Assembly (NCBI GenBank): GCA_963676565.1
Contig: OY781089.1
Coordinates: 1,344,001 to 1,408,000, forward strand
DNA: 64,000 nucleotides
Reading direction: 5' to 3'
DNA from: Halarcobacter sp.
GTDB taxonomy: Bacteria; Campylobacterota; Campylobacteria; Campylobacterales; Arcobacteraceae
The translations under genes were made by a program, and so were the position numbers. The notes under the pieces were generated by a model. It made no database searches, was not told where the DNA came from, and saw only the letters and a program-made list of their open reading frames with translations. Below, piece by piece: positions 39,269 to 50,036 of the stretch (position 1 is the first letter of the stretch; each line of letters starts with the position of its first letter).

Positions 39269-40066
39269 ATGCTAGAAGCTTTACAATATGATTTTATACA
39301 AAATGCAATAATTGCTGGAGTTTTGGTTTCTATTGCCGCAGGTATTATTGGTTCATTAGTTGTAGTAAATAAAATTACATTTTTAGCAGGGGGAATTGCC
39401 CATAGTTCTTATGGGGGAATTGGTCTTGCAATTTTCCTTGGTCTTCCTGTACTTTTTGGAGCAACTATTTTTGCAGTTACAACAGCATTTATAATTGCAG
39501 CAATAACTTTGAAAAATAGAAGTAGAATTGATTCTATTATTGGAATAATGTGGGCTTTTGGTATGGGTATTGGAATCATTTTTGTTGATTTGACCCCTGG
39601 TTATAATGTAGATTTGATGAGTTATTTATTTGGGTCTATCATTGCTGTTTCAAATGAGGATATAATCTATTTAAGCATATTAGATATGTTTATAGTCTTT
39701 TTAGTTTTATTCTTTTATAAACAAATTCTTGCAGTTTCTTATGATAGTGAATTTGCAAAATTACGGGGTATAAATGTAAGGTTTTTTTATACACTTATTT
39801 TGATTTTAGCTGCTCTTAGTGTAGTTGCTGCAATAAAAGTTGTGGGGCTTATTTTAGTAATTGCTCTTCTTACTATACCTACCTATCTAGCTGAGATGTT
39901 TGCAAAAAAACTTTCAACTATGATGGCTTTAAGTGCTTTACTAGCTACAAGTTTTACCCTTCTTGGACTTATGATATCATACCTTTATGATATTAGTTCA
40001 GGGGCATCAATTATTATGGTTGGAGTAGTAACTCTATTCATAGCAAAAAATTTAGGAAAAAAATGA
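39269..40066 (+). CDS. Zn/Mn ABC transporter permease (ZnuB-like)
   Basis: GIAHSSYGG, SYLFGSI, VVGLILVIALLTIP. Confidence 0.9.
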   Translation: MLEALQYDFIQNAIIAGVLVSIAAGIIGSLVVVNKITFLAGGIAHSSYGGIGLAIFLGLPVLFGATIFAVTTAFIIAAITLKNRSRIDSIIGIMWAFGMGIGIIFVDLTPGYNVDLMSYLFGSIIAVSNEDIIYLSILDMFIVFLVLFFYKQILAVSYDSEFAKLRGINVRFFYTLILILAALSVVAAIKVVGLILVIALLTIPTYLAEMFAKKLSTMMALSALLATSFTLLGLMISYLYDISSGASIIMVGVVTLFIAKNLGKK

Positions 40067-40899
40067 ATAAAAATATAATCTTAGGAGAATTAAACTCTTT
40101 AAAAGTAAACCGTGTATCAGAACCAGGTCTTTATTTAATTGCAGAGGATGAGGAAGAGGTTTTATTACCAAATTGTTATGTAAACTCTTCTATGCAAATA
40201 GGTAATGAGATTGAAGTTTTTATTTATACAGATAGTGAAGATAGATTAGTTGCTACTACACAAAAACCATATGCTATGAAAAATGATTTTGTTTCTTTGG
40301 AAGTTGTTGATATTACAAAGTTTGGTGCTTTTTTAGATATGGGCTTACCAAAAGATTTATTGGTACCAAAAAATAAACAAAGATCAACATATCAAGTTGG
40401 AAATGAAAAAGTGATACAAGTTGTTGAAGATGAAAAAACACATAGACTAATTGGAACAGAAAAATTCAAACTTGATAAAACAGCAACTGATTATAAACAA
40501 AATGATGAGGTTGAGGTTTTAGTTTTTATAAAAACACCACTTGGTTTTAAAGTTATTGTAGATAACCAATATGAAGGTCTTATTTTCCATAATGAGATTT
40601 TTGAAAATTTAAAAATTGGAGACAAAAAAAGAGCCTTTGTTAAATCTTTGAGAGAGGATGGGAAACTTGATATTTGTTTACAAAAAATTGGTGCAAAAAA
40701 TAGTGATGATAATCCAAATAAAGTTTTATCAATTTTAGAACAAAATAATGGTGAACTTTCATTTACATATAAAAGTGATGCCCAAGATATAAAAGAGTTT
40801 TTTGGATTAAGTAAAAAAGCTTTTAAAGCAAGTCTTACAAAACTTATTGAAGATAAAAAAATAGAGCTTTTAGAAAATAGTATTAAGATTAAAAAGTAG
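40063..40899 (+). CDS. CvfB-family S1 RNA-binding protein
   Basis: VFIYTDSEDRLVAT, GAFLDMGLPKDLLVP, FGLSKKAFK. Confidence 0.9.
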   Translation: MNKNIILGELNSLKVNRVSEPGLYLIAEDEEEVLLPNCYVNSSMQIGNEIEVFIYTDSEDRLVATTQKPYAMKNDFVSLEVVDITKFGAFLDMGLPKDLLVPKNKQRSTYQVGNEKVIQVVEDEKTHRLIGTEKFKLDKTATDYKQNDEVEVLVFIKTPLGFKVIVDNQYEGLIFHNEIFENLKIGDKKRAFVKSLREDGKLDICLQKIGAKNSDDNPNKVLSILEQNNGELSFTYKSDAQDIKEFFGLSKKAFKASLTKLIEDKKIELLENSIKIKK

Positions 40900-40999
40900 T
40901 TTATTTTTAATTTTTTCTATAATAACTTAATTTTATTTTGTTATACTATTTTTCTAGTTTTATTTAAAACTCAAATTTATAATAATAGGGAGAAGATAT

Positions 41000-41488
41000 A
41001 TGGCAACAACTAAATTAAAAGGTAATATTGTTAATTTAGCAGGAACTGAAGTAAATGTAGGTGATAAAGCACCAGTTGTAAATGTTGTAGCACAAGATTT
41101 ATCAGAAATTACTGTTGGTGGAAAAGCACAAGTTATTGTGGTAGTACCATCACTTGATACTCCAGTATGTGCTGCAGAAACTAGAAGATTCAATGAAGAA
41201 GCTGCAAGTTCAGATGCTGAAGTTGTAGTTGTATCTATGGATTTACCATTTGCAATGGGAAGATTTTGTACAACTGAAGGAATCGAAAATCTAAAAGTTG
41301 GAAGTGACTTTAGAAATAAAGATTTAGCAAATGCATACGGTGTTTTAATTGCTGATGGACCATTAGCAGGTGTTACTTGTAGAGCAATTTTTGTTACAGA
41401 TGCAAATGGTGTTGTAACATATAAAGAGATTTGTCCAGAGATTACTGAAGAGCCAAATTATGAGGCTGCTTTAGCTGCAATACAATAA
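41000..41488 (+). CDS. tpx: Thiol peroxidase
   Basis: VPSLDTPVC, SMDLPFAMGRFC, EPNYE. Confidence 0.96.
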   Translation: MATTKLKGNIVNLAGTEVNVGDKAPVVNVVAQDLSEITVGGKAQVIVVVPSLDTPVCAAETRRFNEEAASSDAEVVVVSMDLPFAMGRFCTTEGIENLKVGSDFRNKDLANAYGVLIADGPLAGVTCRAIFVTDANGVVTYKEICPEITEEPNYEAALAAIQ

Positions 41489-41492
41489 TTTA

Positions 41493-41534
41493 AAAAAAGA
41501 AAAGTGAAGGATAACTCCTTTCCTTTTTCTTTTT
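41493..41534 (+). terminator. Terminator after tpx
   Basis: AAAAAGAAAAGTGAAGGA-TAAC-TCCTTTCCTTTTTCTTTTT. Confidence 0.65.
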
Positions 41535-41813
41535 AATTTCTTTTCTTACAATTCTAAAACTTCAAAAAATAACAAAAAATTATATATAAAGTAGAGAAAA
41601 TATTAGTTCTTATATAACACTTTAAATCTCAAATATAAAATAGTGTTTATTTGCAATTAATTTGAATTTAAAATTTGTCTTAAATTGAAGCTTTAAAATG
41701 TATAAAAAGAATATAAGTTTAATCTATATTATATAATTACGTTTTAATTTTAAAAGGGTATAATTTTTTATAAAATAATTGAGGAAATAGTTTATTCCAT
41801 GGGAGAGGATAGT

Positions 41814-44498
41814 ATGAATAACTTTACTATAGGTAAAAAAATAGGGATAGTAGTTACTTTAATTTCTGTAATTGCTTTAATCATTGGAATTGTAGTTTTG
41901 CAGTATCAAAAGTCTCATCTAAAAGATGAAGTTTATGAACGAGATGCATTGAGTCTTCAGCATATGTCTGAAGATAATATTAATGCAAAGTTTGGTGTAG
42001 GTATTTCAAATGCAGTATCTATTGCTAATGATGGTATGTTAAAAAAGTCATTAAAAGAAAATAATAGAGAAATAGCTATTAATGCCTTATCTAAACTTAG
42101 TAAAGCAATGAAAGATTCAACTGATTTTAAAAACATTAAAGTTCATATTCATACAAAAGATAATAAATCTTTTCTTAGAGCATGGAGACCAGATAAGTTT
42201 GGAGATGATCTTAGTAGTTTTAGACATAGTGTAGTTCAAGTAAATTCAACAAAAAAAGCTGTAAATACCTTTGAACTTGGGAAAGCTGGATTATCTATTA
42301 GGTCAGTTATGCCAATTATGGACGAGGGAACTCATTTAGGTTCTTTAGAGTTTGTTCAAGGCTTAAATTCCGTTGCAAAAATATTTAACAAACAAGAAAA
42401 AGGTTTTCTTCTTTTAATGGATAAAAGAAAATCTTCAGTAAAACTTTTTAATGAAGAGTTAATATATAAGACTAATTATGTAATCTCACAAAATTTTTTA
42501 AATGAAGATTTTTTCAATGATGCAAAAAATATAAACTTAGATGAACTATTAAAAAACAAAACATATCTTACTGATAAATATCTTTATACATATGAAGTTG
42601 TTAAGGATTTTAGAGGAGAAGAGTTAGGTATTGTAATTTTAGCAGATACAATGAAACATGTAAATTCTGCAGTTGAAGATGCAGAAACTATAATCAACAC
42701 TGCACTAATTTTAATAGTATCACTTTTAGTTTTCATTTTAATTTTTATAACTTTGACAATTAGAAAAATTGTAATTACTCCTTTAAATGAGCTAAGAAAT
42801 GGAATTGATGAGTTAACTAACAATTCAAATAGTTCTTCTATGAAAATTACAAAAAAATCAGATGATGAACTTGGTTTAGTTGTAGATAGTTTTAATAATT
42901 ATTTACAATTTATTGAAGATGGAATTAAACAAGATGGTGTAGTTATCAATGAAGCAATTGATATTATAGAAAAAACAAAAAATGGTTTTTATTCATATAA
43001 TATTAATTCAAAAGCAAACTCTCCACAAGTTGAAGAGTTTAAAAATAAAGTTAACGAGATGTTGGATATAACAAAAGATAATCTTAGTATGGTTACAAAG
43101 GCACTTATCGAATTTGGTAATGCTAGATATAATTATACAATTGATGCAAAAAGTTCAGGAAATATAGGTTCATTAATTAAAGGAACAAACTCTTTAGGAA
43201 GTTCAGTTTCTGAAATTTTATGTATGATTGATAATACAAGTAAAAGAGTTTCAAACAATGCAGAAGAGTTAGCAGCAACTTCTGAGCAATTATCAGCATC
43301 TTCTACCCAACAAGCTGCTTCTTTAGAGGAAACAGCAGCTGCTGTTGAAGAGATAACATCAACAATTACTCAAACAGATGAAAAGACGAAAAAGATGTTA
43401 GAAATTTCAAGTGAATTATCTAATACAAGTAAAAAAGACAATGAATTAGCACATAAAACTGGTAGCTCAATGGAAGAGATTAATAAAGCTACAAATGATA
43501 TTGTTGATGCAATTACAATAATTGACCAAATCGCTTTCCAGACAAATATTCTTTCACTTAATGCAGCTGTTGAAGCTGCAACAGCAGGAGAAGCAGGGAA
43601 AGGCTTTGCCGTAGTAGCTCAAGAAGTTAGAAATCTAGCAGCAAGAAGTGCTGAGGCAGCTAAAGAGATTAAAGATATTGTTACATTTGCCCAAGAAAAA
43701 ACAAAAGAGGGTAAAGAAACAGCAGATATTATGGTTGAAAGTTTCAAGACTTTGAATAAAAGAGTTCAAGATGTTACTGCATTAGTTGGTGAGGTATCTA
43801 CAGCTTCTGAAGAACAAAAACAAGGAATGATTCAAATTAATGATGCAGTAAATCAATTAGATAAGGCTACTCAAGAAAATGCAAATGCCTCTGAAACTGT
43901 TTCAAGTAAAGCTATGGCATTAAGTGAATTATCTGCACAACTTGTATCTATTATTAATAGAACTTCATTTGATAAATCAAAAGCAAATAGTGTTTGTGAT
44001 GTAAACTTGGTTTTTGATACCACAAAATTAAAACTTGACCATGTAAATTTCAAAGAAACAAATTTTGTAAGACTTGGAGATGGGAAAAATTGGACAGTGA
44101 AAAATCACCATGAATGTGATTTAGGTAAATGGATTGAAGCTCATAAAAATGAACCATTTACTAATAATTCTGATTGGCAAGAGTTTTTAAAAGCTCATGA
44201 AGAAGTTCATTCAAATGTTCAAGAATATATCAATGTTGATAGTGTAAACAAAAGAGATGAAAGACTTCCTTCTATTGCAAGAAATATTGAAGAGAGCACT
44301 ACTAAAGTATTTGATTATATTGATAAAATAAAAGTTCATAAATGTGAAGAGATGAAGATTGAACGGGAACGTGAAGTTTCAACTAAGAAAATAAATGACA
44401 ATAAAAAATATGAATCAAGTCATGAGAAAAAAGAGTATTCTAAGCCTAAAACTATAGAATCTCAAAACAATAATAATGATGAATGGGAAAGCTTTTAA
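41814..44498 (+). CDS. Methyl-accepting chemotaxis protein (Cache-type sensor, HAMP, MA, C-terminal CZB)
   Basis: [38 protein letters not shown]...HHECDLGKW...H..VH; ATG 41814 after GAGGA. Confidence 0.92.
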   Translation: MNNFTIGKKIGIVVTLISVIALIIGIVVLQYQKSHLKDEVYERDALSLQHMSEDNINAKFGVGISNAVSIANDGMLKKSLKENNREIAINALSKLSKAMKDSTDFKNIKVHIHTKDNKSFLRAWRPDKFGDDLSSFRHSVVQVNSTKKAVNTFELGKAGLSIRSVMPIMDEGTHLGSLEFVQGLNSVAKIFNKQEKGFLLLMDKRKSSVKLFNEELIYKTNYVISQNFLNEDFFNDAKNINLDELLKNKTYLTDKYLYTYEVVKDFRGEELGIVILADTMKHVNSAVEDAETIINTALILIVSLLVFILIFITLTIRKIVITPLNELRNGIDELTNNSNSSSMKITKKSDDELGLVVDSFNNYLQFIEDGIKQDGVVINEAIDIIEKTKNGFYSYNINSKANSPQVEEFKNKVNEMLDITKDNLSMVTKALIEFGNARYNYTIDAKSSGNIGSLIKGTNSLGSSVSEILCMIDNTSKRVSNNAEELAATSEQLSASSTQQAASLEETAAAVEEITSTITQTDEKTKKMLEISSELSNTSKKDNELAHKTGSSMEEINKATNDIVDAITIIDQIAFQTNILSLNAAVEAATAGEAGKGFAVVAQEVRNLAARSAEAAKEIKDIVTFAQEKTKEGKETADIMVESFKTLNKRVQDVTALVGEVSTASEEQKQGMIQINDAVNQLDKATQENANASETVSSKAMALSELSAQLVSIINRTSFDKSKANSVCDVNLVFDTTKLKLDHVNFKETNFVRLGDGKNWTVKNHHECDLGKWIEAHKNEPFTNNSDWQEFLKAHEEVHSNVQEYINVDSVNKRDERLPSIARNIEESTTKVFDYIDKIKVHKCEEMKIEREREVSTKKINDNKKYESSHEKKEYSKPKTIESQNNNNDEWESF

Positions 44499-44576
44499 GC
44501 TTTCTTATTCTAGTGATTAACAATCTATTAACTTTTCATTACTTTATGATTAATACAAAACTATTATAATTTTCAT

Positions 44577-44695
44577 ATGGAAAGAGAAAGGACGTGCGAA
44601 ATCCTTTCTCAGTTAATTTAAAAATAGCGAATTTTTAAGTTTTCCAAATTTGTTTCCTTGTGTGTGAAAAGGTTCCTTAGGGAACCTTTTTTTTT
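44577..44695 (+). ncRNA. Candidate small RNA with its own -10 box and terminator
   Basis: TATAAT 44565-70; three stems; terminator AAAAGGTTCC-TTAG-GGAACC-T9. Confidence 0.6.
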
Positions 44696-44760
44696 ACCCA
44701 AAATAAAGTAGACTACTGCTAATATTCGCTCCATGAAAAACTACCTAAGACTTATTATCA

Positions 44761-46803
44761 ATGCCTTTATCTAATTTAAACGAAGACCAATTAAGTGCTG
44801 CAACATGTGAAAAAGGGTTTAACCTTATTATTGCTAGTGCTGGTACGGGAAAAACTTCTACAATTGTAGGAAGAATTGCAAATTTAATTAATAATGGCGT
44901 AAAACCTGAAGAGATACTACTATTAACTTTTACAAATAAAGCAGCTGCTGAAATGGTTACAAGGGTTGCTAAATTTTTTGGAAAAGATACAGCAAAAAAG
45001 ATTATGGCTGGAACTTTTCACTCTGTATCTTATAAACTTTTAAAAGAGTTAAATATAAATATAACTCTAAAGCAACCAAGTGAATTAAAGACATTATTTA
45101 AATCTTTATATGAAAAAAGAGTTTTTTATGATAGAAATGATGAGGCTAATCCATATGATGGGGGTTATTTGTATGACCTTTATTCTTTATATCTAAACTC
45201 TAATGATGGAGAAGATTTAGGAACATGGATTAAAAATAAAAATGAAGCCCATGAGATTTATACTCCAATATATGAAGATGTTGTTTTAGAATTTAATGAG
45301 TTAAAAGTAAAGTATGGATATGCAAATTTTGATGATTTATTAACTATTATGCTGGATACTTTAAAAGAAAGTGAATTTCCTTTTAAAGAGATACTTGTGG
45401 ATGAATATCAAGATACTAACCCTTTACAAGGAAGACTTTTAGATGCTTTTAAACCAAAATCACTATTTTGTGTAGGTGATTATGACCAAAGTATTTATGC
45501 TTTTAATGGTTCAGATATTGGGATTATCTCAACTTTTTCAACTAGATATAACAATGCAAATGTTTTTACATTAAGGAAAAACTATCGTTCTTCTAGACCT
45601 ATTTTAGATTTAGCTACAAAAGTTATTGAACACAATGAAAGAATATATGAAAAACATCTGCAGGTTATGAGAAATGATGTATCAATTCCACCAAAACTTT
45701 TAGCTTTTAATGAGCTTTTTGCACAATATCATCATATTTCTGATTTGATTTCAAAAAGTTCAACCCCACATAATGAGATTGCAATTATCTTTAGAAATAA
45801 TTCAAGTGCTGATGGGATAGAAGCAAACCTAAGAGAATATGGAATCCCAGCTAAAAGAAAAGGGGGAATGTCTTTTTTTGATTCTGTTGAGGTTAAATTT
45901 GTTTTAGATTTACTAGTTATGCAATTAAGCCATAATGATATGATGGCCTTTATTCATATTTTAGAGCATGGGAAAGGTATTGGAAAGGCAATTTCAAAGG
46001 ATATCTTTGATGCCTTAATTAAATTAGGCCATGGTGACATTTTTAAAGGCTTATTTCATCCAGATGATTCAATTTTAAATCCATACGAATCAAATAGAGT
46101 CAAAAATATACAACTTGGTCTTTTTGATGATTTTGTTGAATTAGGCTCAGTATCAAAATTTAAAGATTGTGGTTTTGAAGAGGCATTTTTAGGAAACCCA
46201 ATTTTAAAACACCCAAAACTTACAGTTGATGGAGCAAAATATATTTATGATTTTTATCTACTAATAAAACAAATTAGAAGAACTAAAAATCCAGATTCAT
46301 TAATTGCATCTATTACAGGATCTATGCTTTATTCAAGACTTAAAGATTTTCTTTCTATAAAAAGAGCAACCCAAAAAGATGGAACAGTAAATCCTGTACA
46401 AAAGGCAAAGGCATTAGCAAAATTAAATAGAAAAGTGATGCTTTTAAAACAGCTTTCAAGAAATTTTAATGACCTGTCAAAGTTTGTAAACTCAATGATT
46501 TTAGGTGGTGGTGAGATGAGTGAAGGTGAAGGGGTAAATCTTCTTTCTGTTCACGCAAGTAAAGGTTTAGAGTTTAAAGAGGTTTTTGTAATTGATTTGA
46601 TGGATGGAAGATTTCCAAACAGAAAATTGATGAGTAAAGGTGGAAGTTTAGAAGAGGAAAGAAGACTTTTTTATGTTGCAGTAACTAGAGCAAAAGACGT
46701 ACTTTATTTAAGTTATGCCAAGTTTGATAAAATCAAAAAAATGGATTTTATCCATTCTCCATTTTTAAAAGAAGCAGGATTAATTAAAAAAGAATCTGAA
46801 TAA
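44761..46803 (+). CDS. UvrD/Rep-family ATP-dependent helicase
   Basis: ASAGTGKT, TFTNKAA, DEYQD, VGDYDQSIY, NYRS, HASKGLEF, EERRLFYVAVTRA. Confidence 0.95.
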   Translation: MPLSNLNEDQLSAATCEKGFNLIIASAGTGKTSTIVGRIANLINNGVKPEEILLLTFTNKAAAEMVTRVAKFFGKDTAKKIMAGTFHSVSYKLLKELNINITLKQPSELKTLFKSLYEKRVFYDRNDEANPYDGGYLYDLYSLYLNSNDGEDLGTWIKNKNEAHEIYTPIYEDVVLEFNELKVKYGYANFDDLLTIMLDTLKESEFPFKEILVDEYQDTNPLQGRLLDAFKPKSLFCVGDYDQSIYAFNGSDIGIISTFSTRYNNANVFTLRKNYRSSRPILDLATKVIEHNERIYEKHLQVMRNDVSIPPKLLAFNELFAQYHHISDLISKSSTPHNEIAIIFRNNSSADGIEANLREYGIPAKRKGGMSFFDSVEVKFVLDLLVMQLSHNDMMAFIHILEHGKGIGKAISKDIFDALIKLGHGDIFKGLFHPDDSILNPYESNRVKNIQLGLFDDFVELGSVSKFKDCGFEEAFLGNPILKHPKLTVDGAKYIYDFYLLIKQIRRTKNPDSLIASITGSMLYSRLKDFLSIKRATQKDGTVNPVQKAKALAKLNRKVMLLKQLSRNFNDLSKFVNSMILGGGEMSEGEGVNLLSVHASKGLEFKEVFVIDLMDGRFPNRKLMSKGGSLEEERRLFYVAVTRAKDVLYLSYAKFDKIKKMDFIHSPFLKEAGLIKKESE

Positions 46804-46823
46804 AATTAAAAAATAAACATAAA

Positions 46824-46843
46824 TGAGACACTATTGAGACACT
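46824..46843 (+). promoter_or_regulatory. TGAGACACT direct repeat, putative regulator site
   Basis: TGAGACACT at 46824 and 46835. Confidence 0.5.
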
Positions 46844-46881
46844 TTTGTGTTACCATAATAAATCACACATTAGGAATTTAT

Positions 46882-47202
46882 ATGCAAAAGATTGAAGTCT
46901 CAAAGTTAAGTAAAGTTATTGCAAATAAAGAGGAAAATGATTTAAAAGAAATCAATTTTGCAATTAATGAAGTAAATCAAATTCTTCAACTTGAGATGGT
47001 AAGAGAAACTCAAATAAAGCATAAACTTAATGAGGTTTTTAAACCTAGTACTATTTCTACTTTAAAAACTCATTTAGTAAATATTCAAAAAAATATTGAA
47101 CATCTAAATATTTTTTTACTAATGTTAAAATCAAAAATCCAGATTGAAGTTTCAGAAAAAATAGATTTTTCAAAAGCAACTCCAATTTCAAAATTTTTAT
47201 AA
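46882..47202 (+). CDS. Hypothetical helical protein, 106 aa
   Basis: ATG 46882 after AGGA; open frame filling the intergenic gap. Confidence 0.65.
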   Translation: MQKIEVSKLSKVIANKEENDLKEINFAINEVNQILQLEMVRETQIKHKLNEVFKPSTISTLKTHLVNIQKNIEHLNIFLLMLKSKIQIEVSEKIDFSKATPISKFL

Positions 47203-47409
47203 ATATACTGCCTTAACTTATATAAATCAATATTTAGATATAATCGCGCATAATTTTTAACAAGGCTTTCTCGAAGAGAGTGCAAAGCACAAAATTCTTA
47301 AAGCCCTTTAGTTTTTACTACTTTTAAGTGGATTTAATATCTACTGATAAAAAGTAGACAAATTTTTAAAAGGTTCTCTAAAAATTGGGAATCAATTTTA
47401 AGGAATAAA

Positions 47410-50031
47410 ATGAGTAATAAATACGAACCATCAAAAGTAGAAGATAACTATTATAAAATCTGGGAAGATAGAGGTTATTTTGAAATAGATGGAAACAAAG
47501 ATATTCAGGAAGAGGGTAAAAATTTTGCAATTATGATGCCACCACCAAATGTAACAGGAAGTTTACATATTGGTCATGCCTTAACATTTACACTTCAAGA
47601 TATTATTACTAGATTTAAAAGAATGGATGGGTTTAAAACTTTATGGCAACCTGGAACTGATCATGCTGGAATTGCAACACAAAATGTTGTTGAAAAACAA
47701 TTATTAGCAGAAGGTACTACTAAAGAAGAGATAGGTCGTGAGAAGTTTTTAGAGAGAGCTTGGCTACAAAAAGAGACTAGTGGTGGAAATATTGTTCATC
47801 AAATGAGAAAACTTGGTGTTACTCCAGCTTGGAAAAGAGAAAGATTTACAATGGACGAAGGGCTTAAAGAAGCTGTTAAAGAAGCTTTCGTTTCATTATA
47901 TAATGATGGGTATATTACACAAAACAATTATATGGTAAATTGGTGTACACACGATGGTGCTTTATCAGATATTGAAGTTGAGCATGAAGAGGTAAATGGA
48001 AAATTTTACCATATGAATTATCACTTTGCAGATGGTTCGGGACATGTAACTGTTGCAACAACTAGACCTGAAACATATTTTGGGGATACAGCTATTATGG
48101 TTCATCCAGATGATGAAAGATACACAGACATCGTTGGAAAAGAAGTTGTTCTTCCATTAACTGAAAGAAAAATAAAAGTTATTACTGACTCTCACGTTGA
48201 TATGGAATTTGGAACTGGTGTTGTAAAAGTAACTCCAGCTCACGACCAAAACGACTACGAAGTAGGTAAAAGACACAATTTAGAGTTTATTACTTGTTTT
48301 GATGACAAGGGTATTTTAAATGATTATTGTGGAGAATTTGCTGGATTAGAAAGATTAGAAGCTAGAGAACCAATTGTAAAAAAACTTCAAGAAGAAGGTT
48401 TTATTGTAAAAATTGATGAACATGTTCATCAAGTAGGGCATTGTTATAGATGTAAAAATATTGTTGAGCCATTTATTTCTCAACAATGGTTTTTATCTGA
48501 AAAAGTAGCACAATCTTCAATTGCAAAAACAAAGGCACACAATAATTTCCATCCACAACATTGGATAAATTCATATACAGCTTGGATGGATGAATTGAGA
48601 CCTTGGTGTATCTCAAGACAATTATGGTGGGGGCATAGAATCCCAGTATTTACTTGTGACTCATGTAATCACCAATGGGCAGATACTCAAGATGAACCAG
48701 AAGCTTGTCCTAAATGTGGAAATAAACACTATACTCAAGATCCAGATGTATTAGATACATGGTTTTCTTCAGCTTTATGGGCTATGTCTCCTCTTGGTTG
48801 GGGAAATAAAGGGAAACTTCCTGAACTTTATAATCTTGAAGAGGATATGAAAAACTTCTATCCAAATTCATTACTTATTACTGGTTTTGATATTATGTTT
48901 TTCTGGGTTGCTAGAATGATGATGATGGGTGATCACTTTATGGGTGAGTTACCATTTAAAGATATTTATATGCATGCCCTTGTTAGAGATGAACATGGTG
49001 CAAAAATGTCAAAATCAAAAGGAAACGTAATTGATCCACTTGATATGGTTGAGGAGCATAGTGCTGATATTATCAGATTTACACTTGCTTATTTAGCAGT
49101 TCAAGGAAGAGATATAAAACTTGGAGCAAAAAATTTAGAACAATTTAGAAACTTTACAAATAAGCTTTATAATGCTTCTAATTTCTTAACTTTAAATGTT
49201 GATACATTCCCTGATTTAAAAGATGTTGAAATTAAAACACCACTAGGTATTTATATGCAAAGTAGATTATCTCATGCAGTTGATGAGGTAAGAGATACTT
49301 TAGAAAACTTCAAATTCAATGAAGCTGCTTCAACACTATATAGATTTGTTTGGACAGAGTTTTGTGATTGGGGTATTGAGTACTCAAAAGCTAGTAAAGA
49401 ATCAATTGTAGAACTAGGAGCAATCTTTAAAGAGACACTTAAAATGGTTTCTCCATTTATGCCTTTTATTTCAGATTATCTTTACCATAAACTAAGTGGT
49501 ACTTCTTTGGAAAATGGAGATAAATCATTAATGGTTTCTACTTTCCCAAAAGAGGTTAAAAAAGATGAGCAGATTGAAGAGATGTTTGCAATTATTGAAG
49601 AAGCAATTACAGCTCTTAGACGTGCAAAAGTAGTTATAGATATGGGTAATTCTAAAATTGCAAAAGCTTATATAAAACTAGACAAACAAATAGATACTGA
49701 AGTAGCTAAGCCTTTTATTGAAAAATTAGCAAAGGTTGAAGATATTGAGTTTGTAGAAGCTAAAGTTGAAAACTCTATTACTGATGTAAGTGATAATTTA
49801 GAGGTTTATTTACCAACTGGTGAGATTGATATGACACCAATTATTTCAAAACTTGAAAAACAAAAAGAGAAAGTTGAAAAAGAAGTAAATAAACTAAATG
49901 GAATGCTTTCAAATGAAAGATTTGTAGCAAATGCTCCTGAAGCAGTTGTACTTGAAAACAAACAAGCTTTAGAAGATGCTAAAGCAAAACTAGAAAAAAT
50001 TGAAAACGAATTAAAAACTCTTGGTTTATAA
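47410..50031 (+). CDS. valS: Valine--tRNA ligase
   Basis: PPPNVTGSLHIGH, DHAGIATQ, WCISRQLWWGH, KMSKS, C-terminal coiled coil. Confidence 0.98.
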   Translation: MSNKYEPSKVEDNYYKIWEDRGYFEIDGNKDIQEEGKNFAIMMPPPNVTGSLHIGHALTFTLQDIITRFKRMDGFKTLWQPGTDHAGIATQNVVEKQLLAEGTTKEEIGREKFLERAWLQKETSGGNIVHQMRKLGVTPAWKRERFTMDEGLKEAVKEAFVSLYNDGYITQNNYMVNWCTHDGALSDIEVEHEEVNGKFYHMNYHFADGSGHVTVATTRPETYFGDTAIMVHPDDERYTDIVGKEVVLPLTERKIKVITDSHVDMEFGTGVVKVTPAHDQNDYEVGKRHNLEFITCFDDKGILNDYCGEFAGLERLEAREPIVKKLQEEGFIVKIDEHVHQVGHCYRCKNIVEPFISQQWFLSEKVAQSSIAKTKAHNNFHPQHWINSYTAWMDELRPWCISRQLWWGHRIPVFTCDSCNHQWADTQDEPEACPKCGNKHYTQDPDVLDTWFSSALWAMSPLGWGNKGKLPELYNLEEDMKNFYPNSLLITGFDIMFFWVARMMMMGDHFMGELPFKDIYMHALVRDEHGAKMSKSKGNVIDPLDMVEEHSADIIRFTLAYLAVQGRDIKLGAKNLEQFRNFTNKLYNASNFLTLNVDTFPDLKDVEIKTPLGIYMQSRLSHAVDEVRDTLENFKFNEAASTLYRFVWTEFCDWGIEYSKASKESIVELGAIFKETLKMVSPFMPFISDYLYHKLSGTSLENGDKSLMVSTFPKEVKKDEQIEEMFAIIEEAITALRRAKVVIDMGNSKIAKAYIKLDKQIDTEVAKPFIEKLAKVEDIEFVEAKVENSITDVSDNLEVYLPTGEIDMTPIISKLEKQKEKVEKEVNKLNGMLSNERFVANAPEAVVLENKQALEDAKAKLEKIENELKTLGL

Positions 50032-50036
50032 GGCTT

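Noticed and set aside
47250..47409. T-box or Val-rich attenuator peptide before valS
   Set aside because: No GGTGGnACC T-box motif; the short GTG ORF has no internal Val codons; no terminator
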